A stretch of 64,000 nt of DNA, taken from NCBI GenBank assembly GCA_000004985.1, contig GG738849.1. The stretch is one strand, 5' to 3'. Position 1 is the stretch's first letter. Each line of letters opens with the position of its first letter. The position numbers and the translations under genes were made by a program. The stretch comes from Naegleria gruberi. Lineage: Eukaryota. The notes below the pieces were generated by a model. The model searched no databases. It saw only the letters and a program-made list of their open reading frames with translations, and was not told the DNA's origin. Below are positions 33,411 to 45,478 of this stretch, piece after piece.

Positions 33411-36400
33411 ATGAGCCTGAACGGAAATGTTACACCTCCTACATCATTATTGAACAACAATAGAAAAAACAAAGTTATTGGTGACGATGATGATGATGAG
33501 GACATGGTGTCCTCCAATAATAATAATAATAACAATAATAACAATAATAACAGTGCTAACGTTTCGCAAGGAGGTTCTGCATCAGCTAATAGTAGAAGGA
33601 AAGAAGAAAAGAAAGTGGTGAAGAGTTATGATGAATCGGAGAGTGCTAGCGATATGGACACAGATTCTGAGTCTGATGTATCGGATACTAGTAATAGTAG
33701 TTCTTCGGGAGAAGAAGAAGAAGGTATGTTAAATAATTATTTAGAAAATTAATAGTGTCATTTTGATATATTAAAAAAACAGAGGATGGATATTTGTGGA
33801 ATATTACTGAAGAAGATGGAAAAGATGTTGCTGTCCGAGGTTATGAGCATAGGTTTGTTTTTAAAAGGGCTATATAATATTTAATATTCTCGGAATTGTT
33901 TTTAATATCATCATCGTTAGAGGCGAAAACAAAAATCCAACTGCACCAGTTATGATGCAAATGAAAAAGTCCAAAAAAATTAATTTTCCAATTACTGTGA
34001 AAGATAACAAGTGTTCTATCGGATTATCTGGGTATTGTATGATAAAGGCGTCACACTGTATGGAGAGCGGATCGTATTATTATGAAGTCAAAATTGAGGA
34101 ATCCGTATCATGTGACACAACCAAACTTCCTGATTATGCAAAACAAAGTCATTATAGATGTGGATGGAGTATGGAGCAAGGATTCGATAAAGCTTGTTGT
34201 GGATACGATAAATACTCATTTAGTTATGGAAGTAGTGACGGAAATTGTTTTCATAAAGGAAAAGGATCTAAATACGGAGAAAAGTTTGGAGTTGGAGACA
34301 TAATTGGATGTTATATTGAAATACCAGATACCTCAACACCCAATATAATTTATGTTGATGGAAGTATGAGTTTAAAAACTGGAGAAGTTTTCAGAACAAA
34401 GATTGCTACATTGGCAGAGAAAATTGTACCAAATAGCAAAATAATCTTCTTCAAAAATGGAAAATTTCAAGGTGTCGCTTTTACTGATATCCCATATGGA
34501 GCATACTTTCCAGCTATTTCACTATATATGAATGCAAGCGTAACAATGAAATTTGAAAAATATCAACTACAATATAACCCTTATGATATCTGCCCAGAAT
34601 ATATTGCTAAAGATTGGAAACCTGTTGGTGATTTGAGACACCGTAATAAGAACACTCAAAAAACTCCAAGAAAGTCAAATTCACAAAACGAATTCAAAAC
34701 TCCACCTAGTATTTCAAAAGGCAACTTGAAAGAGATTGGAAAGGGTGCTTCTAAACAATTTCATCAATCACCATCCCAAAACAGACATTCAAAAATTGCC
34801 TCAGCCACAATTACTGAAAATAAGAAACCAAAAGAAAAGAAGGAAAAATCTGAGAAATCTCATCATCATCATTCCCATTCAGGACATGGTGATAAGAAAA
34901 CTAAAAAAAAGAAGGAACCAAGGCCATCCAATTCAAGTACCACAGATTTGAAAAAACCAGTTACTGATAAGCAGCCTTCTCCTTCTATTGTTATTGAAAA
35001 ACCTCCAATTGAATTACCACCTCCTCCACCTACTGTTTCAGTTGTCACTTCTACTGAAGTTCCAAAAAGTGTTACTGAGAAGAAAGAAAAGAAAAAGAAA
35101 CCAAAGCCTTTAAGGATTATTACAGACGAAACAGACCTACCAAACATTAAGGAAACAAAACCAAAAATTCAAGATTCTCCAAGATTACCACTAACCCCAT
35201 CTAGTTTGAACCAAAGCTCTGACTCTCCTCTTGTCAGAAGTTCCTCTTCCATGTCAAGGGTGCCAAGTTACTCTGATGTTATGCCTCCTTCTCCTGTTCC
35301 TCCACAACCAAAATCAGATCAGCAAAAATCAACAACACCAACTTTGGATAAGAATACTCGTTCTCCTTCCTCTGCAGGCTCATCGTCTTCAATTAGGAAA
35401 TCTAATAGTGGAACCAGTCTAGAAAAGAGTACATCCTCATCGACACCAACTACACCTGCCACTATCTCAACACCAATCTCAGCAACAAGCACTGCCTCTT
35501 CCTCTTCTGCAAGTAACGCAACTACACCTGCAATAATTCCTCCTGTAAATGATGTCATGCCTGTAAATAAGCCATATATAACAAACATGTCTGACAAGCC
35601 TATCGTTCAATCCTCATTTCCTTCGATTGAACAAATTACACCTCAAGCCAAGGAAAGGAAATCTAAACCAAAGTCTGAAGGTTCATCAATCATGGCTAGA
35701 TCAAAAAATTTCACACCAAAGAAAGTATTAGCCAAGAAGGAAGATTCGGTACCTGTAAAAACTGCTCCTAAGAGAAAGGCTCCAAGTAAAGATGAGGAAC
35801 CTGTCATTCATCACCACACAGTTAAGCTTTTGGATCCGAAAGATCTTCAACAGGCAAAGAAAGCTAAACCTACTCCATCTGCTGAGACAACACCTGTGGC
35901 TACTAATGCACCAAGTGAACCAAAGCCATCATCACCAACTAAGAAACGAAAGACAAGCAAGGCTGAAGCAAAAGAACCAAAGGAAACTCCATCATCTACT
36001 AAAACCAAGGACGAAAACAAAAAGATTGATTCTATTGAACAGGTTACTAGTAATGTAAAAGAAGCTATTCCTGAAAGAATTATGGAGACTATTATTCCTA
36101 AACAACAAATTCAACAAACAGTACATAATCCTGTTCAACCAACAGCTGTGAATCAAACCATACAAGATGCCTCTAAAAACATTTTACAGACCTCTCAACA
36201 TTACTCATCACAACTCAATCAGATTAGTCAACCAAATGTGCAAACAGTTCAGCAACCACAACACGTTAGCACGCAACAATCTTCCACTCCTCAATATGAA
36301 AGATCGAATGCAGAACCAGCATATTCATTTTCTAGTTTGCTGTTAGGATCACCAAACACTTCAAAGAGTATACAAGATCAAATAGGTCAAATATCGTCCT

Positions 36401-37809
36401 CTTCCTCAAACAATTTGAATCACCAATCTTCACAGATACCTGTTAATAATAGTAATTTTTACAAAAATACCTCCCAAGTTTCTACTACCGAAAGAAAACA
36501 AGATTGGCCTGTACATCAGTTACAGACACCAAACAGTGTAACAGCAGCAAGCATGGCAAACACATCATCATCAGTTAGAAATATGCAAACAAGCTTGCCG
36601 AATAATGTTCAAGATATGTCACCAAGTTATCAATCTAGAATGTCTCTTGAAAATCTTATGGCTCAAAACAAACATGAAAATTTGAGATTACTGGAACAAA
36701 TTAATACTCTGCCAAAGGATATTCCAAAGCAACCAAATCCAATGCAAGTCTCTACTCCAACAATGACAAGCCATACTCCTTCTTTCCGTGAATTACTCGA
36801 AACACCAAGTAGCTTTAATTCATCCTCCAGTAGTTCACAAATGTCTAATTCCAATAATTTCTTGACTTCTCAATCAAGAAACATACCTTCAACCGTACCA
36901 CAACAGCAACAGAAGGTTGGTAATCCAAATTTTGTAAACTATCAAATTGGTAAGGATCATACCCAAGGATCAAATCTAGGCAATACCAACAACTATTCCA
37001 ACTATCTACAACAACAACAACAACAACAGCAGCAAGCAGTTAATGAAGTGAAGCAATTGAGTCAACAGGTTTCGAATCAAAATATTTCAAATAATTATGG
37101 TCAATATTCCCAACAACAAAGAGGTAACTTCCAAACCAATACTGCCTATTCATCCAATATGAACACTGCCTCACATAATTTCGCACCTCACCACCAAAAT
37201 GTATTGGTCAACAATACTTCTGCCAACAACATGAATGTAAACCAAAATAACATGACCAATATTGCAAGTATGTCAAATATGAATCAAATGACATCAAATT
37301 TGATGAATAGTCAGAATAGCTCCAAATATAATTCTCTTCAAGGTGCTTCTCTCAACTATCCAACCATGAATCAACAATCCCAGCAACAACAAATTACAAG
37401 TTCATATTCAGGAAATATGGGAGGTCAACCAAAGCAAAATATGATGAGCACTTCTCAACAAGCTTTTAATCAACACCAACATTCCCAACAAACATTGTCT
37501 CATAATCAGCAACAACATTCCCAACAACAATACTCTTCGAATAATATTCCAAGAGGTTTTGCACCACAACAAATTAATCCACAGCAACTGGGAAATAGTC
37601 AAATGACCTCTAATCACCAACAACAATCAATGAATGTTGGTAATTCCAATAACAATATGCAACAATTCCTTCCTGGTATGCATCAGCAATTGCCCAATAA
37701 TTCCCACAACTTCCAAAACTACCAACAAAACAATTCACAACAACAACAAAACACTGGGCAACAATCATCTTTCAAATACTCTTACCTCAATAATAATATC
37801 AATAAATAA
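33411..37809 (+). CDS. ASH2-like SPRY-domain protein (Set1/COMPASS subunit homologue) with a C-terminal low-complexity Q/N/S/P tail of about 1000 aa. Exons 33411-33723, 33783-33852 and 33921-37809
   Basis: SPRY core GYCMIKASHCMESGSYYYEVKI...RCGWSMEQGFDKACCGYDKYSFSY...[38 protein letters not shown] compared with human ASH2L [20 protein letters not shown]...RLGWSQPLG...[29 protein letters not shown]. Two introns (59 and 68 nt, phases 1 and 2) link an acidic and poly-N first exon and a 70-nt micro-exon to the SPRY exon. I see no PHD or winged-helix region. Confidence 0.75.
33517..33552 (+). repeat. (AAT/AAC)n microsatellite encoding poly-Asn in ASH2-like exon 1
   Basis: aataataataataataacaataataacaataataac. 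Confidence 0.9.
37008..37039 (+). repeat. (CAA)n(CAG)n microsatellite encoding poly-Gln in the ASH2-like C-terminal tail
   Basis: acaacaacaacaacaacaacagcagcaagcag. Confidence 0.9.
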
Positions 37810-37954
37810 AACCTGAATATGACAAAAGGTGCCTAACTTCTGTAACAAGTTTCCCTCCTCGGCGAATAGAACAAAAAAGAAGTACAGAACAACTAACAGA
37901 AAAAAAATGTCAGCCCTAGGAGATAGTTAGCAACTGTTACACAATTTCGGATAT

Positions 37955-38987
37955 GTGTTTTTGTCTTTTTCATCATCAATTTCGATCATCTTTTGTAACA
38001 AGTATCTTTATCAATATTATCATTTTAATAGTGGTACATTGTTGATGGGACTTCACTTTGTATTTACAGCAATTTTTAGTTTTGCTCTCTCGCAAGCACA
38101 CAAATTCTTTCCTCAGTACAAGGCGTTGGAAAATTTCAAGTTGAAGAAGTTGGATTGGCAATCAGCCGCTCTTATGGGCTTGTTGTTGGCTCTTTCCGTA
38201 GTTTTTAATAACTTGAGTTTACAGTTTAATACTATTGGTGTTTATCAACTTTCCAAGTTGGTCATCATGCCAACAATTCTCGGATTGTCATACATCTTGT
38301 ACAAGGAAACAGCATCAAAACAATTATTATTATCTGTTTTATTAATTATTATTGGTTTAGCTATTACTGTCACTGCCGAAGTTAAGATTACAACATTTGG
38401 TCTTTTCACTTGTGTACTTGCTATTGCTGCAACTGCTGTTCAACAAATGCTTCTCCAAAAGAAGAACAAGGAATTGAATGCTAATCCATTCCAATTATTA
38501 ATTTATCAAGCTCCAGTTGCCTCATTGATTGTTCTTATTTGTTCGCCATTCCTTGATGGTGCAGATGTTATTGCCAATGATTGGCAAAAGATGACGGAGA
38601 GTATTGATTATTTGGTAAGTTGATTGTTTGCTTAGTAGAGGTGAATTAACAAAGAGGTTCAAGTTCTTTGTCATTCTCTCTTGTTTCATTGCATTTTATG
38701 TTAATTTGGGAAGCTTTTTGGTTATTGGTAAACTTTCAGCATTGACTTATCAAGTTGTGGGCCACTCCAAGACTATTGTCATTATTTATGTTGGATCTTT
38801 GATTTTCCAAACACCACTCAACTGGTCACAATTTTTCGGTGTTGTTATTGCCTTAGGTGGTACTATTTATTATTCCTATGTCAAGATGAATGAAACCAAG
38901 CCAGCAGCTACAACAACAACAGAAAAGGTACCAGAACAAGAACCACTCAAATCTGAGCAGCAAGAAGATGGCGAAGAAAGAGTATAA
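37955..38987 (+). CDS. SLC35E3-type nucleotide-sugar or triose-phosphate translocator family transporter. Exons about 37955-38614 and 38664-38987; the true initiation codon is unresolved
   Basis: SIIFCNKYLYQYYHFNSGTLLMGLHFVFT aligns with human SLC35E3 [30 protein letters not shown]. Further matches are LSLQFNTIGVYQLSK compared with LSLQNNTIGTYQLAK, and LTYQVVGHSK compared with VTYNMFGHFK. A 49-nt GTAAGT..CAAG intron joins IDYL to FFVILSCFIAFYVNL. The ORF-track start at 37955 is a GTG, and the frame stays open upstream to 37931 without an ATG. Confidence 0.75.
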
Positions 38988-39027
38988 ATCAATTTCTCTT
39001 TTTAAACATCTACTTGATTCAATTCTT

Positions 39028-41439
39028 TTATTTCCTACATGATCGAAGTATTTTCTTAAAAACTCTAAACCAGCTCTTCTTTCCATAAACTAACCTTAGT
39101 CCAACATAGCTCAAAATCTTACAAACAATCCAAAAAGAAGTGAGAATTGCCAAATAGACCCACAACATGTAATGTGGATCTGAATATCCATAATTCTTTT
39201 CCAGGAAATAGGTTCCGTTTGTGTAGTAATTTGAAGGGAGGGTAGTATTTAAAGGTGTTTCTAGTTGAATATCAAACTCATTGATAGCCATAGCTTTGAA
39301 ACCATAAAACAGATAATTGAGATATTTAAACCAAGCTAACCATTCAGTATTATGAATACCATAAACCCCACTTGTTAATATAAACATAATATTAATTACT
39401 GGTGTAATTAAATTCAATAAAGGTGGTATAGGAACAAGTGAAACAAGCATTTGAGCAAAACTCACACAAGTCCAATGATAAGTAGCAAAAATAAGGCCGA
39501 AAATTAATACTCGATCATATTCCAATGTCAATCCAGTCATAAAATAAACGATTCCACCAAAAAGCAGCGAAAATATCGACGTTTCTATTAAATCCTCCAT
39601 TGTCTTGGAAATAAAAAACGCACTAGTTCTATAGATTGAACTATTTCTCTCCTGGGTCAACATTGGAATTTGATTAATTAAATTTTTCAAACTTGCAGAA
39701 AACGTTAAAGAGATATTTAAATTGAGAAAGGTAAAAATTTTACCCTTCAATGGCATATTGTTAGGATCTATTTGAAAGTATAATAATCCAATAAATACAG
39801 ATACTGCTATTTTTTCCACGAAAGGTATTAAAAATTCCACTTTCCAATTTCTCAATCTACTCAAATAATTTCTCATTATAAGTGTAAAAACAGAGTAAAA
39901 GAAGTTGGCATAATAAGGCTCGTAGTGAAAAGTTGTTGGATCATTTTCAAGATATCGATTTTCCTCCTTATTTTTCATGGGAATGAAGAAATCGTCCAAT
40001 TGTTTGATATACTCTGTGGCAAATAACTCACTCTGATCTAACGGCTCTTGTGCATCTTCGACTAGTATTGTTTCAAATGTCTCTGTCTGAAGGAGAGAAA
40101 TAACTTGGAACAAAAACTCTACTTCATTATGATTTGATTCATCAGCACTGACACCGATTTTTGAAAAATAGGTAATTAACTTGTTCGGTGGACCAAAGTA
40201 TAATTGATTTCCCTTATTAAGTATTGATATATAATCAAATAACTCTAGTTCTTTTAAAGATGGCTTGTGAGATGTGACCACCACTCCCACACCCATAAGA
40301 GCAATTGATTTCATAATTCTAATAAAATGGGCAGCCTCTCCAATTTCCATGCCATCTGTTGGATATTCAAGAAGTAATACTCTGTGTTTGAGAACATTCT
40401 GCACGGCAATGTGTAATCTCTTCTTCTCAGCTGTTCCAAGGGCTGAATAAAACACATTCTCCTTGTTTTTCAACTCGTACTTTTTGAGGAGGTATTCCAA
40501 ACGTTCCTCTCTACAATTTGAGGCTGCACTCTTAATGTTTGTCAATTTCAATTTGACTGTGAAATTCAAAATTTCCCTCACAGTCAAAACTGGGTGGGAT
40601 GTTGCAAAATGCTTTGGGACATGAGCAACCAGAGACTTGTATTGAGTTGATGTTAGTCTAATACTCGGTTTGTCATGACACGAACAAACAACCTTTCCAT
40701 TAATTAATATTTGGCCTCCAAAATCCTTAAAATCACCTCTCTGGGATAGTATATTCAATAGAGTTGACTTGCCACTATTAGAAGAACCAATGAGAGCTGT
40801 TATCTTTCCTGGTGTCGCAAATCCACACACATTCTTAAGATGCAATGATTCATTTGTAGCTCCTAAAGGATATTGCAATCCCTTCCACTCCAAGAAACAT
40901 CTCTCATCACCCTCAACAAGTGGGTCATCATGAAATTCAACCTTTGCCAGGGAGCTTGATTTCTTAAGAAAACCTACACCTGGATGTTTGATTGGCTTAA
41001 TTGTTCCTTTCAGAGTCAATTTCCTCTGTGGAACAACATTTAATTCAAACTCTACCGCACTATTTCTCCTACTACTTTTAAAAGACAATTCATTTCTCAT
41101 GGCTGAGGCAACAGCTTGCAATGTTGATGGAGAGGCAAAATGGTTATCCTCCAGTTTATCAACAACATCGGACGACACTTGAGAAATATCGACTACTACT
41201 TGTCCTATATCATCATTGGGTGATGAAGATGTTACAACTATTGAGGGTGGAAGTGAAGATGCTTGAGATTCTTGAGTGGATACCACTGCTTCCGACATTT
41301 TTTCGCACTTGATTAGTGTGGGTTCACAGAATGGTGTGTTTCTTTCCCGCTCTACAGTTGTTACAAGAACTGTACTTGGAATGCGTCTACTGACCTCTGC
41401 CACGTCTGGAGATTGGGTTCTTCTTAAAATGTTTAGCAA
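39028..41439 (-). CDS. ABCG (White-type) half-transporter with an N-terminal NBD and a six-helix TMD. The NBD catalytic motifs are degenerate
   Basis: Walker A GSSNSGKSTLLNIL is intact and the H-loop TSHKPS is present. The signature reads SALGTAEKKRLHIA instead of LSGGERKRLSIA. Walker B and catalytic base read LLLEYPTDG instead of LLLDEPTSG. The Q-loop glutamine is absent (AHVPKH). The C-terminal hydrophobic segments and the ABC2-type architecture are typical of ABCG. Confidence 0.8.
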   Translation of the reverse strand: MLNILRRTQSPDVAEVSRRIPSTVLVTTVERERNTPFCEPTLIKCEKMSEAVVSTQESQASSLPPSIVVTSSSPNDDIGQVVVDISQVSSDVVDKLEDNHFASPSTLQAVASAMRNELSFKSSRRNSAVEFELNVVPQRKLTLKGTIKPIKHPGVGFLKKSSSLAKVEFHDDPLVEGDERCFLEWKGLQYPLGATNESLHLKNVCGFATPGKITALIGSSNSGKSTLLNILSQRGDFKDFGGQILINGKVVCSCHDKPSIRLTSTQYKSLVAHVPKHFATSHPVLTVREILNFTVKLKLTNIKSAASNCREERLEYLLKKYELKNKENVFYSALGTAEKKRLHIAVQNVLKHRVLLLEYPTDGMEIGEAAHFIRIMKSIALMGVGVVVTSHKPSLKELELFDYISILNKGNQLYFGPPNKLITYFSKIGVSADESNHNEVEFLFQVISLLQTETFETILVEDAQEPLDQSELFATEYIKQLDDFFIPMKNKEENRYLENDPTTFHYEPYYANFFYSVFTLIMRNYLSRLRNWKVEFLIPFVEKIAVSVFIGLLYFQIDPNNMPLKGKIFTFLNLNISLTFSASLKNLINQIPMLTQERNSSIYRTSAFFISKTMEDLIETSIFSLLFGGIVYFMTGLTLEYDRVLIFGLIFATYHWTCVSFAQMLVSLVPIPPLLNLITPVINIMFILTSGVYGIHNTEWLAWFKYLNYLFYGFKAMAINEFDIQLETPLNTTLPSNYYTNGTYFLEKNYGYSDPHYMLWVYLAILTSFWIVCKILSYVGLRLVYGKKSWFRVFKKILRSCRK

Positions 41440-41888
41440 GATCTGGAATTAATGAGGATACAGAATTAAACCAAGCTCTTTCTTAATTGTTTTTAAAGCA
41501 TAGAAAACAAACATTTAGCACTCTTCTTCAAGTTAGTTTTCTTTTACATTGAAACCGTATTCAATGTTTAATTGTTGATTTTCTGCATGAAGGTTCTTCT
41601 TTCGATTTCTCTTGAAGCCTCAGTAAATCGAAGACTGAAACTTAGAGCTTGTCTCCAAGCATTTAATACAAAGGATTAAGGAATTGTTGAATGTGACTAT
41701 AAAAGAAAGGTTTGGCCGAAAGTGAACCAATAAGAACTCAAACAAAATATAATTGTCAAAACTAATTTTCAATAAGAAACTCCATCATGGAACTCATACA
41801 ATAATAGGCTCAAAAATACAATATATTTTCCCTCAAATAATTTACGGTTGTTTTCTAATTAGTAAGAAGAATAAAAAAATGGATGAAG

Positions 41889-44800
41889 CTGAGGCGGCTA
41901 CAGAAAATGCTGATCACCATTCAGTGTATGATGAAAGTGATTTCTCCTCCGACGAAAATGAAGATGTAATCGATGATGACGAAGTGTATGATGATCTTTT
42001 TGATGATTCTGATTTGGAGGAAGATGATGATCAACTAGTAAAAAAACGGAAGCTGAAATCAGTAAGGAGAATGAGCAATTAGAGAAAATTCTTCAAATTT
42101 TCAATAATGAAAATCTATTTACAAAGAATGACGCTTTTGTATTGAGAAGTGAGGAAGAAAAAAAGTTTATTTCAACGGAGGCTGAAGCCAAACTGAAATC
42201 CCTTTACGAGTCTCTATATATTGCTCACTTGAACAAGAAAACGCTCTATCAAATCGAGCCGTTGGAGTTGTTATACTTATTGACCAATCACCGAGATTTA
42301 GATTGGATTGACATGCTAGGAAATGCAAAAGAAAGTAAACGGATTGAATTAATTCAAAAAGAAATTCAATCTCGAATAGATCAACAAACGGCTGAAGAAG
42401 CAGAGGAGGATAAGAATAATTTGGAAGGATATGTTTTGAGACGAGTTAGAAATCATAGAGATAGAGTTGTACATAATTTGGAAACGAAAGTTGAAGAAAT
42501 AATTAGGAGTATTCTCAATGTATTATTTTTTCCTGTAAAGAAAGGAACAACAGTGAAACCATTGGTTGATTTCGGTCCAAAAAAACTGAAACCCAAACTA
42601 AGGAGTATTGTTAAATCATTAGTGTATGGTGATTTAATGCATATTGAGGGGGAATCCGAAACAATTTCACCAGAGGAAGAAAGTGAAATGGTCGAAGTTT
42701 CTGGTCCTGAATTGGCTCAGAAGGAAATCGAACGAATGACAAAGGAACTGCACAACCTAAAGTCTCTCAACCTAGCATACAATGAAAAGGAGGAGGTTCT
42801 TATAGATATTACGAGGGATAAATTCTACGAGTTATTTAATGAAACAAGAAGACAAGCAATTGAGATTAGAAACTTGAAAGAGCAATTGGAAGGAAGGATA
42901 AAAATAATAGAAAAGATGAATGAGGAATATATCTATGATTTTCAGAGGTTGAAAATGACAATTATTGAAAAATTGGAACAAAAAAAGGCACTCACTGATG
43001 ATATTATGCTACTTTCAACTATGGGTGGTTCTTTAATTGCTGATTTTTCATTACTATTGGAGGAGGAAAGAAAAAAGGCACTAGATCAATTGAAATCTGT
43101 TAGAATAACTTTTGGTAAGGAAAAGAAAGTTATTGAAAACCAAAAGTTAAAAGAAATGCTCATTTGGAAGCAAAAGCTGGAATATCTTATTCAGGATCGA
43201 AACAGAATTGTCGAAGAATTGAAGAAAACTCACGAAGAAGAGAAAAAGCGCCTGATGGAAGAACTCTCTCTCCACAAGGGTAAAAAGGGACTTAAAAAAC
43301 TCAACTCTAAGGCCAATCTCTCCACCAGAAAGATTTCTTCTCCAATGCTGAGTGTGAGGGATAAACCTAAGAAACATCTCTTCATGACTCACACCAAGCC
43401 AATTAGTATTGAGCCAACCATTAAAATCTCAGCTCCAACCATAAGTGCAACAATCACCCACGGATCAACTAGACATCTTCTAACAAAACCATCTCCTTTG
43501 ATGAATATTACACATGCTGTAACCAATACTGTCACACCAACTACTCACCCACTACCTCCCCAACAAACTCCACTCACAACTACACAATCCTCAACTGTGG
43601 CCACCACTACCAACGCTAATTCCACAATACCCACTCGTGCTAGCTCAGACCTGCCCTCAAAAATTCTCACAACATCCCACTACCACAGTAATTCAAGTAC
43701 TGCACTACATCCAACAAGACCTAAGAGTGGAGGTGCAATTCTTTCAAAGAAAGAGTCTGTGGTTATTCCAGTTGACGAAGGTCCAATGTTGAGGACCTCT
43801 CTTGATAGAAAGCGAGTCAACTTACTTAGAAGTGCTAAAAAGAGTTACAGAGAAGTTTTGGATATAGACTCTGAAGAAGAAGCTTTGCTGAACGATAAAC
43901 CCGTTAAATATAAGGGAAGAAACAACATGACAAAGCTACATAGCGAAATTCTTGTCCACAAGAAACAAAACAGAGCACTCAGAGTCTTATTGAAGGAGAA
44001 GAATGAGAAACTTCGAACAGTAGTGGCAAAACTAAAGCAAGTGCGACAAAAGAGAGAAACGGCCTTGGATGAGTTGGAAAAGTTTAGAGAAATGCTAGCC
44101 CAAGAAATGAGCACCAATTCTTCTCTTAGAATTCAAATTAAGAGTCTAACCGAGCAAGTCAAAAGATACTCAAGACAGGAAAGAAACAATTCTCTCATGG
44201 AAGCCAAAAATGAAAACAAATCCATGCAAAGAATTCGAGAGGAGGGAAAGAAACGAACATTTGAGATCAGATCCAAGTTTGGTGGACTAAAAAACCAAAT
44301 GAAATTTTGGTCAAGGGAAATGAAAGAGGAGTTAATGAATGTAATAGATATAGAAGGAATAGAAGAGTTGGAAACGGCTGTTGCTGAAGCAGGAGCCGTA
44401 GATAGTGTATTTTCTAAAAACTTGGAAAAGTGGGATCGTTTCATTAGGAAAACTGCTCTCAAAAAAGCATCAAGTCAACCAGCATTAATGGTTGCTCAAA
44501 ATGGTATGTTGTCGATCTCTTTCTATTATTTTTTATTGTGAAAAGAAAACAAAAAGGCCAGCAGAGTGATGATATGTGACAGAGCAATGCAGACTGAAAT
44601 GACTTGCTTTCCAAATGCTGAGAGTGTATCAAAGCAAACCCTTAGTGTTGGAAAAACTGTTCCAAAGGATCTTGAAGACGCTTTTGATACCATTGAACAG
44701 CAAAATGTTGTTCTTGATGAACTAATTCATGATATTGAAAGAAATTACGAATTGGATAAGGCTGAAAAGACTAAATTTTACCGAATCAAAGAAAAGAAGG

Positions 44801-45435
44801 ACATATTAGAAAGGGAAAGAATGGCAAAATGGGGAAAGGTATTTTCTCTTGCTCAAAAACTTTCGAATTATGGCAATATCCGAGGAATTCCACTCTCTAT
44901 TAGTACTATTGACCAAGAGGTAGGATTGGATAAAGATATGAAAAATCAAGCCTCAATCTTTCGGCAATTTCACATATCTCAATCGACGCTGTCAGAAACT
45001 CGATCTTCTTCCCCTAACAAATCTAGAACAGCATCAAGAGCTTCACATAGAAATCCTGACATTGTAAATAACAGGTTAGAAGATTACCCATATGGAATTA
45101 ATAAGAGATCAGAGAGCGTTGGTCCCTTCATTGTTGAATATGCAGATCCTGTCAATGAATCAACACTTTCAAGATTAAGTGCCATACCAACAATCTCACC
45201 AAAGAAGACTTTACCAAAATTATTTACCACATCTCTTCATACTAGTCAGAACTCTTCATTGAACAATACCAAAGATTCAAGTATACTCAAAGGGAATTCA
45301 GATATCTTGTTGGGAAGAATGAGTGCTCCTTTAGTGAGACCAAGGAAAAAGAAAGAAAATCAAACTATGGAATCTAATGATTACAGACAGTTTCTCAACC
45401 CATACAAGCAACATCAAAAAAAACCATTCATGTAA
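41889..45435 (+). CDS. Hypothetical large coiled-coil protein with an acidic N-terminus and a Ser/Thr-rich middle. Proposed exons 41889-42061, 42127-44503 and 44546-45435; the last junction is tentative
   Basis: ATG at 41889 (MDEAEAATEN...). A GTAAGG..AAAG intron (65 nt) joins ...KLKS in frame to NDAFVLRSEEEKK. The 2.4-kb ORF has long heptad-like stretches (KEIERMTKELHNLKSLNLAYNEKEE...). A 42-nt GTATGT..AAAG intron would continue the frame into ORF 44566-45435, whose listed start is a GTG. Confidence 0.45.
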
Positions 45436-45478
45436 TAATATATTTTCTTAATTTATGTAAATGCTGGTTTATGATAAA

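Noticed and set aside
33411-37809. Low-complexity Q/N/S/P tracts as mobile-element or satellite repeats
   Set aside because: They are in frame within long ORFs and made of codon-level trinucleotide microsatellites (AAT, CAA, CAG). This is typical coding low-complexity sequence for this kind of genome, not an interspersed repeat.
39037-39048. Additional ATGATCGAAG copy of the ATCGA motif
   Set aside because: It lies inside the C-terminal coding sequence of the ABCG gene, read as ...LRSCRK on the minus strand, with no adjacent GGCGC core. It serves as an estimate of the chance background for the ATCGA half of the motif.
37955-44566. ORF-track start coordinates at 37955, 42142 and 44566
   Set aside because: The first codons at these positions are GTG, TTG and GTG. 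The track seems to use a bacterial start-codon set. In this eukaryote these are internal positions of exons whose real upstream parts are reached by splicing.
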